64,000 nucleotides of DNA, from NCBI GenBank assembly GCA_963663385.2, contig CAXXXD010000003.1:672001-736000 (forward strand), in the 5' to 3' direction. Positions 58,641-64,000 of this stretch are shown piece by piece (the stretch's first letter is position 1; each line of letters opens with the position of its first letter). Under the pieces are notes generated by a model. It did no database searches. It worked only from the letters and a program-made list of their open reading frames with translations, and was not told where the DNA came from. Made by a program: the position numbers and the translations under genes. This DNA comes from Oceanispirochaeta sp. (lineage in GTDB: Bacteria > Spirochaetota > Spirochaetia > DSM-2461).

Positions 58641-58864
58641 CGAACACATTTTGTACTTCTGGTTCTTTCATAATTGCCTGATGATTTAGTAGGTTTTAGG
58701 GTTTTGATACGGGTTGATTGATGCTCACACTACACTGATTATCAATCTTTGACGCCGGTTGCGGCTGGCAGAAGTGGAAATAAGGGCATTCGCCTTCACC
58801 TACGTTTATTAAGATATTCTTGCCTGATATGGCATCGGTGATTTACAAAATGCTGTAGACATAA

Positions 58865-60853
58865 ATCGGGTAGCCAGAGGCTTTTGACCTCCAGCCCCCA
58901 CACCACCCTGCAAGCGGGTCCGCACAGGGCGGTTCACTCCATGGAGCAAACGAAACTATAATTTGATCATGTGTAGCCCTGGATTTTACACCAGAGGGCC
59001 TTAATATTGATCAATCCTTGCTCTTCCAACCATTTATTGGACATAGCGGCATTGGTTGCATAGCCTTTTGACAGATGCCAGTAGGACTTACTACTTGCTC
59101 CTGTCATAATGGCAAAATCTTTCGGAATACCCAGCTCCATCAGTTTCCTGACTTTTGTTCTGGGGTAACGCCACTGTTTCCAGTAGCACATACGGATTCT
59201 TCTTCTCAGCCATTCATCAATTGATTGTAGAGGTCTGTAATATTGGGAAATACCATAATAGTTCATCCACCCCCGGATATACTCGTTAAGTTTCCGGAAT
59301 CGATATTCCATTGATACCCCCCAAGACCGTCTTGTCAAATGCTTTAACTGATATTGAAACTCCCGAAAGGATGATTCAGTCCATCGGATTTTCTTACCCT
59401 TGAAAGTGAATCCCAGAAAACTGCATTCGGAGATTTTACACACCTTGCTTTTCTTCTGGTTTACAACCAATTTTAACCTGCGACTGAGATAATCACTTAT
59501 TTCAGTCAATATAGCTTTTCCATCACACAGGCGTTTTGATACAATTAATGCATCATCTGCGTAACGTGCAAAGCACAGGTTTCTCCGTTCCAACTCCTTA
59601 TCGAAATTATCAAGAAGGATATTGGAAAGTAGAGGCGACAATGGCCCTCCTTGAGGAGTCCCGATTTCAGTAGGGATTTTAATCCCATCCTTGTCCATAA
59701 TACCGGCTCTCAGGTAGCGGCCAATCAATTTCAGGACTGATTTGTCCCGGACTTTCTTAGCCACACAATGCATCAGAATATCGTGATTTACCGTATCAAA
59801 GAACTTTTCCAAGTCCAGATCAACTGCATACTTGTATCCCGATTTAACATAGGTATTTACCTGTCGTACTGCTCCGTGAGCCGATCTTCCCGGCCTGAAT
59901 CCAAAACTGCTTTCCGAAAAATCCGAATCGAATAGAGGATTCAAAACCTGTGAAATAGCCTGTTGGATAACCCTGTCTAAAATAGTGGGAATACCCAGCA
60001 TTCGCATACCTCCGGATCTCTTGGGGATTTCCACCCTGAGCACCGGAGAGGGTACATAGTACCCCAAAAGCAAAGCTTGCTTGATTTTACTCCATCTTCT
60101 GCGTAGATATTCCGGAAATTTCTCAATAGTCATGCCATTGACTCCCGGACTGCCGCCATTGCGTTTGACCTGTTTCCAGGCCTTACGCATGTTTTCAGAT
60201 GATAAAATCAAATCCATCATAGAATCGTTCAAGGCTGGTTTCTCCATAATTCGCCAAAAGTTATTTCGGCCAGTGCTAAAATTGTTCCTTTGAGAACCAT
60301 AAGGCTCCTCCTTGTGAAATGTTCAGGCCTTCACCGTGAACCGGACATTACTCCGGGCGTTGGTTACTATGCCTTCTGCTGACTTCTGCCTGCTAATCAA
60401 CGAGATTGCTCCCGTTGATGCTATACCGTGCTTTTAAACCTGTGACGACTTATTTGTACTCAAGATAATCTTGCTCATTTCCAGAGTGTCACCCTCTGAA
60501 AAGCCGGGGATTGGTTTTCCGGTTCCCTACCGGATTCTCAGTTTAAAAGAACACATTACCGCCCCGCAGACAGATCTCCCCGAATAAGACTGTACACTGT
60601 CCCCGGACAACCCTGTGATTTACCCTATTCCATACCCACGGGGCATCGTCATCATTGGCTGACTCGCCTCTGGAACTGAGCCTTCTATCACATTCTTGTA
60701 CATGGGCTCCCGGTTTTGCATTCCGGCTTCCTCCAGACATTCCCTCGCGGAAATGCCCTTGCCTTCAGCTAACAGTTGGTATAGCATGTTCACTATACGT
60801 GGGCACCTGTAGAGGACTTTTACCTCATTAGCGTACAGCCATGTCGGGCGTAC
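58865..60853 (-). mobile_element. Group II intron, bacterial class C (IIC), 1989 bp
   Basis: 5' end GTACGCCCGACATGG; short domain V GAACCGCCCTGTGCGGACCCGCTTGCAGGGTGGTGT; domain VI ending CTACCCGAT; boundaries fixed by the empty allele at 56137-56150. Confidence 0.93.
58967..60247 (-). CDS. ltrA: Group II intron reverse transcriptase/maturase (no endonuclease domain)
   Basis: IPK.SG..R.LGIPT..DRVIQQ, SFGFRPGRS, DLEKFFD, GTPQGGPLSP, RYADD, FLGF, maturase GWMNYY. Confidence 0.95.
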   Translation of the reverse strand: MEKPALNDSMMDLILSSENMRKAWKQVKRNGGSPGVNGMTIEKFPEYLRRRWSKIKQALLLGYYVPSPVLRVEIPKRSGGMRMLGIPTILDRVIQQAISQVLNPLFDSDFSESSFGFRPGRSAHGAVRQVNTYVKSGYKYAVDLDLEKFFDTVNHDILMHCVAKKVRDKSVLKLIGRYLRAGIMDKDGIKIPTEIGTPQGGPLSPLLSNILLDNFDKELERRNLCFARYADDALIVSKRLCDGKAILTEISDYLSRRLKLVVNQKKSKVCKISECSFLGFTFKGKKIRWTESSFREFQYQLKHLTRRSWGVSMEYRFRKLNEYIRGWMNYYGISQYYRPLQSIDEWLRRRIRMCYWKQWRYPRTKVRKLMELGIPKDFAIMTGASSKSYWHLSKGYATNAAMSNKWLEEQGLINIKALWCKIQGYT

Positions 60854-61047
60854 CAAGAAAATGATACTGTCGTCGCTACAGATCACATTTCTTGCAGAGA
60901 TGCAGAATGCTGATAAATAGTTCTTTCTTAAAAACAAATTACTGTTTAAAATAAGTCTGCAAGAAAAGTGCCTGTACCTGTCCTTCGGCCAGGCCGCTCC
61001 GCAGTATATTTTGGCGTTATGTAGAACTAAGGTGTTAAAAGGTAAAT

Positions 61048-61653
61048 ATGAAAAAAGTAACGATTATAATAATTATATTGATAACACAAAGCATCTTTTC
61101 ACAATCTCAAATCAGTAGCATACGAGAATATTTAAAAGCAAATAGTTATATGCCTATTATTGAAGTACCTTTAGAATCAACAAAACTATATATATACGCT
61201 AAAGAGTCTCAGAAAAGCCAGATAAATAGTGATTATTTCTTAAACGGTGATGTATACCTTGTCAATATTGATAATGATGAAAGAATTAGATCTCATGTCA
61301 TATGCGAACTTGCTAGTAGTGCTGTTGAAGTATTCACCAATAATAAGGAATTCATAATAAATCCACGTAGTAGAAGCGAGATACGAGGATCAAGAGAAAT
61401 AATATATTATGATGAAAGATTCAATAAATTTACAATTTTCATTTCAGAATGGATGTTTCTAAGTGGCTTTAAAATTATTGATGAGTATATTGTCTGTAGC
61501 CTAGGAAACCATCCAAAATATAAGTATTTAGTGATAAATAAATATACTGGAGAAGAAATACCTGTAGATCAATTAAGCACAACCTTAAGAAGTAGTTATT
61601 CACTAGCAATACGTAATGGAAATAATTGGAATTTATATGATTACCATAAATAG
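61048..61653 (+). CDS. Cassette ORF, hypothetical secreted protein
   Basis: Signal peptide MKKVTIIIIILITQSIFS; starts about 30 nt after the GTT site. Confidence 0.75.
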   Translation: MKKVTIIIIILITQSIFSQSQISSIREYLKANSYMPIIEVPLESTKLYIYAKESQKSQINSDYFLNGDVYLVNIDNDERIRSHVICELASSAVEVFTNNKEFIINPRSRSEIRGSREIIYYDERFNKFTIFISEWMFLSGFKIIDEYIVCSLGNHPKYKYLVINKYTGEEIPVDQLSTTLRSSYSLAIRNGNNWNLYDYHK

Positions 61654-61685
61654 TAAAAATCTTTATCAAATGATAAGTGGGTAAT

Positions 61686-62366
61686 ATGAATATTGAAAAG
61701 AAGAGAATAATTTATTGTATAATTCTATTATTTATAAACTTTGTAAATATTTATTCTGAAAATATAAAAGGACTAAATATTGAGATTTTTGAATTATTAA
61801 ACGGTGTATGGGATACAAATAACTCGAAACCTAGATCTGTAGATGAAACATATAGTTGGGGAAAAGATAATTCATATAGAGATGGCATTATAATTGATTT
61901 CGGATATGCAAGAATTGAGTTCAATGGTTTAAGTTATGGCTATACAATTGAGGACGTAAATCAACTGAATGATAATATCATCGAATTTTCAGGTTATTTC
62001 ACTGTATATGATGCAAGAATTGAAAAAATTGTTAATTCGCCTGCAACAATACATATAAAGACTAATTCACTAAGTGAAATGGAATTCATTGAAGCTGAAG
62101 CTGGCGAGTATAATTTTCAGTTAAGATTCGGAGATGCGCCAAATATCAGAATCCATGAAATTGAATTCGTGGACAAAGAAATCATTATTTCTGAAGAAAC
62201 AATATTAATGACACTGAAAAGGGATGAGTATATATACTCTGCTTCAATTGAAAATACTGTAAAAGCACATGTTATAAAAAGTTATGATTCAAAATTTTTT
62301 GTGTTAACAGAAAATGGCGATATTGGATGGATAAATCAGGATAATGTACATTTCTCTAACGAATAG
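61686..62366 (+). CDS. Cassette ORF, hypothetical secreted protein (possible C-terminal SH3-like fold)
   Basis: Hydrophobic N-terminus; ends …ENGDIGWIN…; stop lies 11 nt before the attC. Alternative start 61677. Confidence 0.7.
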   Translation: MNIEKKRIIYCIILLFINFVNIYSENIKGLNIEIFELLNGVWDTNNSKPRSVDETYSWGKDNSYRDGIIIDFGYARIEFNGLSYGYTIEDVNQLNDNIIEFSGYFTVYDARIEKIVNSPATIHIKTNSLSEMEFIEAEAGEYNFQLRFGDAPNIRIHEIEFVDKEIIISEETILMTLKRDEYIYSASIENTVKAHVIKSYDSKFFVLTENGDIGWINQDNVHFSNE

Positions 62367-62377
62367 AGAATAGTACT

Positions 62378-62550
62378 ACATAACAATAAAATGATGCAGT
62401 CGAAGCTATAGATCACATTTCTTGCTGATATTGCTTCAATCAAGAATTATTGCTTCTCAAAAAGAGAATAGCTGTTTAGAATGAATGCAAGAAAAGCGCC
62501 TATACCTGTCCTTCGGCCAGGCCGCTTCGCAGCATATTTTGGCGTTGAGA
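62378..62550 (+). other. attC-like site 5 (173 bp)
   Basis: ACATAAC-aat-AAAATgATGC … GCATATTTT-ggc-GTTGAGA. CTACATAAC is the exact complement of the cassette's opening GTTATGTAG (61016). Confidence 0.85.
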
Positions 62551-62639
62551 CTGTAGAAAAAGGTAAGCGGTAATTCTCTCCATCTTGCGTGATTTCGAAA
62601 TGATTATATACTCCATGAAAAATCATGGAGGAACCTAAT

Positions 62640-62921
62640 ATGACCAACTGGAATTGGCCTGAATTAATCGAAGAACAAAAACAGAGCGGGAAAACAATTT
62701 CTGAGTTCTGCGCAGATAAAGGAGTTCACTATACATCTTTCTACAAGAATCGAAAAAAATTAAAGAAAAGCAGTTTTATTGAAATCAAACAGAAAGCCCC
62801 GGTATTACAGCCACAAAACCCCACAATGATACTCAGATACAAGGATTTCTCATTGGATCTGGCATCAGGTTATAACAGGCAATCCCTGATAGATCTTCTG
62901 AAGATTCTGAGAGAGTTGTAA
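62640..62921 (+). CDS. tnpA: IS66 accessory protein TnpA
   Basis: W…I.E…SG.TI.EFC…GV…FY HTH; GGAGG RBS. Confidence 0.8.
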   Translation: MTNWNWPELIEEQKQSGKTISEFCADKGVHYTSFYKNRKKLKKSSFIEIKQKAPVLQPQNPTMILRYKDFSLDLASGYNRQSLIDLLKILREL

Positions 62922-63265
62922 TGTTTGTTGACCTGAACGAATACCGGATCTTTCTGAGACCCGGCACGACAGACTTAAGAAAAGCGATCAACGGATTATC
63001 TCTGTTTATCCAGAATGAAATGAATCATGATTTATTCGCCAAATCGCTATTCCTCTTTTGTAACCGGCAGAGAAAACTTCTGAAAATTGTCTACTGGGAT
63101 AATACCGGTTTTTGTCTCTGGCAGAAGAGACTGGAAGAGAACAGATATCCCTGGCCGGAAACAGATGAAGATGCTAAAGAGATCAGCATGGATGAATTGA
63201 AAATGCTCCTGACGGGAATAGACTTTTTCAAAGCGCATAAAAAATTATCATATTCCCGTATTTAG
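62921..63265 (+). CDS. tnpB: IS66 accessory protein TnpB
   Basis: TDLRKAINGL, LFLFCNR…KIVYWD.TGFCL..KRLE. Confidence 0.93.
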   Translation: MFVDLNEYRIFLRPGTTDLRKAINGLSLFIQNEMNHDLFAKSLFLFCNRQRKLLKIVYWDNTGFCLWQKRLEENRYPWPETDEDAKEISMDELKMLLTGIDFFKAHKKLSYSRI

Positions 63266-63304
63266 AGATTTTATAATTATAGAAACTTTGATAGAATTCC
63301 CCGT

Positions 63305-64000
63305 ATGGAGAATGAAGAACAGCATTTAAGAGAACAACTTGATGCACAAAAAATAGAAATTGCTGAACTGAAAAGACTTAATGCCATTCTCCAGGAGCAA
63401 GTAGCAAAACTGAACCTCCTGCACTTTGGAACAAAATCAGAGAAGATAACTGCCGAAGATAAGAAACAAGCTTCTCTCTTCAATGAAGCGGAAGATAGTG
63501 CTTTTGCTCAGAATGATGAAGAGCAGGAGAAAAATGTTATTGAAACGGTTGAGGTCGGTTCCTACAAGAAAAATATTAAAAAATCCGGCCGGAAACCTCT
63601 GCCGGCAGATCTGCCGAGAGAGATCGTGGAATATGATATTCCGGATAAAGATAAGATCTGTGCCTGCGGAACAGAAAAGACCTGTATCGGTGAAGATGTT
63701 TCCGAGAGAGCAAAAATTATTCCGTCAAAAGTCGTTGTTATTCAGGAACGTAGAAAAAAGTACTCCTGCAAGAATTGTGAAGGGACGACTCTTGATGAAG
63801 CTGCTGTACAGACCGCAGAAGGAGCAAAGCATCTGGTCGCGGGCAGTATTGCCGATGAAAGCCTGCTCGCTTGGAGTATAAGCGAAAAGTTTGAGTTCGC
63901 TCTTCCTTTCTACAGGCAATCAAAACGGTTAAACCAGATAGGCATACCGATCCCCCGGGCGACATTGAGCAATCTTACGATAAAATCGGCAACGGCATGT
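63305..64000 (+). CDS. tnpC: IS66 transposase TnpC (5' part; not in the supplied ORF track)
   Basis: Translated by hand: MENEEQHLREQ…HFGTKSEK…LPADLPRE…CACG…IGEDVSE…YSCKNC…LPFYRQ; open to the window end. Confidence 0.9.
   Translation, partial: MENEEQHLREQLDAQKIEIAELKRLNAILQEQVAKLNLLHFGTKSEKITAEDKKQASLFNEAEDSAFAQNDEEQEKNVIETVEVGSYKKNIKKSGRKPLPADLPREIVEYDIPDKDKICACGTEKTCIGEDVSERAKIIPSKVVVIQERRKKYSCKNCEGTTLDEAAVQTAEGAKHLVAGSIADESLLAWSISEKFEFALPFYRQSKRLNQIGIPIPRATLSNLTIKSATAC

Larger units (their letters stand above)
58635..61016 (+). repeat. ORF-less cassette, copy 3 (393 bp once the intron is removed); attC 4 is split (58859-58864 + 60854-61022)
   Basis: Matches copy 2 up to …GACATAA and resumes CAAGAAAATG… at 60854 with no duplication or loss. 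Confidence 0.9.
55519..62550 (+). mobile_element. Integron-type cassette array with no integrase visible in the window (CALIN-like)
   Basis: Five attC-like sites in the same orientation; each cassette's opening GTT heptamer is complementary, or one mismatch from complementary, to its closing AAC heptamer; abrupt shift to AT-rich sequence. Confidence 0.85.
62563..64000 (+). mobile_element. IS66-family element (left part; truncated by the window)
   Basis: Left end GTAAGCG… at 62563, then tnpA-tnpB-tnpC. Confidence 0.9.

Noticed and set aside
58967..60247. Retron, DGR or defence reverse transcriptase using the non-coding repeats as template
   Set aside because: The RT has a maturase domain and lies within complete group II intron ends with a clean empty-site allele. 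No adenine-specific template/variable repeat pair was seen.
60543..60937. Small minus-strand ORFs at the intron 5' end
   Set aside because: They overlap intron domain I and the attC, which are structural sequence.
55520..62550. CRISPR-like or RT-associated repeat array
   Set aside because: Repeats are 175-393 bp with attC architecture and are separated by whole genes.
63483..63881. 132-aa ORF in the supplied track
   Set aside because: Out of frame inside tnpC, which starts at 63305 and runs off the window.

Overview
64 kb of bacterial chromosome, probably from a free-living anaerobic spirochaete (Spirochaetaceae-like). This is inferred from the fliS-polA-coaE-SPOR gene order, an 'FAAGQQE'-type solute-binding-protein N-terminus and fermentative genes. 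Bases 1-55,000 are mostly core or metabolic genes: xth, mpg, a class I aminotransferase, an amino-sugar uptake/catabolism cluster, trkAH, PhoH2, fliS, polA, coaE, a GH13_18 phosphorylase, a pyrF-pyrE fusion, efp/epmA, fadD, ackA, a sensory [FeFe]-hydrogenase operon and adhE. From about 55,260 the sequence turns AT-rich and forms an integron-type cassette array with no integrase in the window. The array has five attC-like sites, three 393-bp ORF-less structured cassettes, two multi-ORF cassettes, a class C group II intron inside one attC, and an IS66 running off the right edge. The three strongest leads are: (1) a complete ribosome-stalling attenuator whose leader peptide has seven consecutive Ala codons, upstream of an alanine-aminotransferase-like gene, i.e. 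an apparent alanine-sensing attenuator; (2) the repeated non-coding cassettes and unusually long, branched attC sites; (3) an AraR-like regulator fused to a HIT-like sugar nucleotidyltransferase domain, with two matching palindromic operators. No tRNA, rRNA or CRISPR array was seen. All family assignments are motif recognition by eye, not database results.
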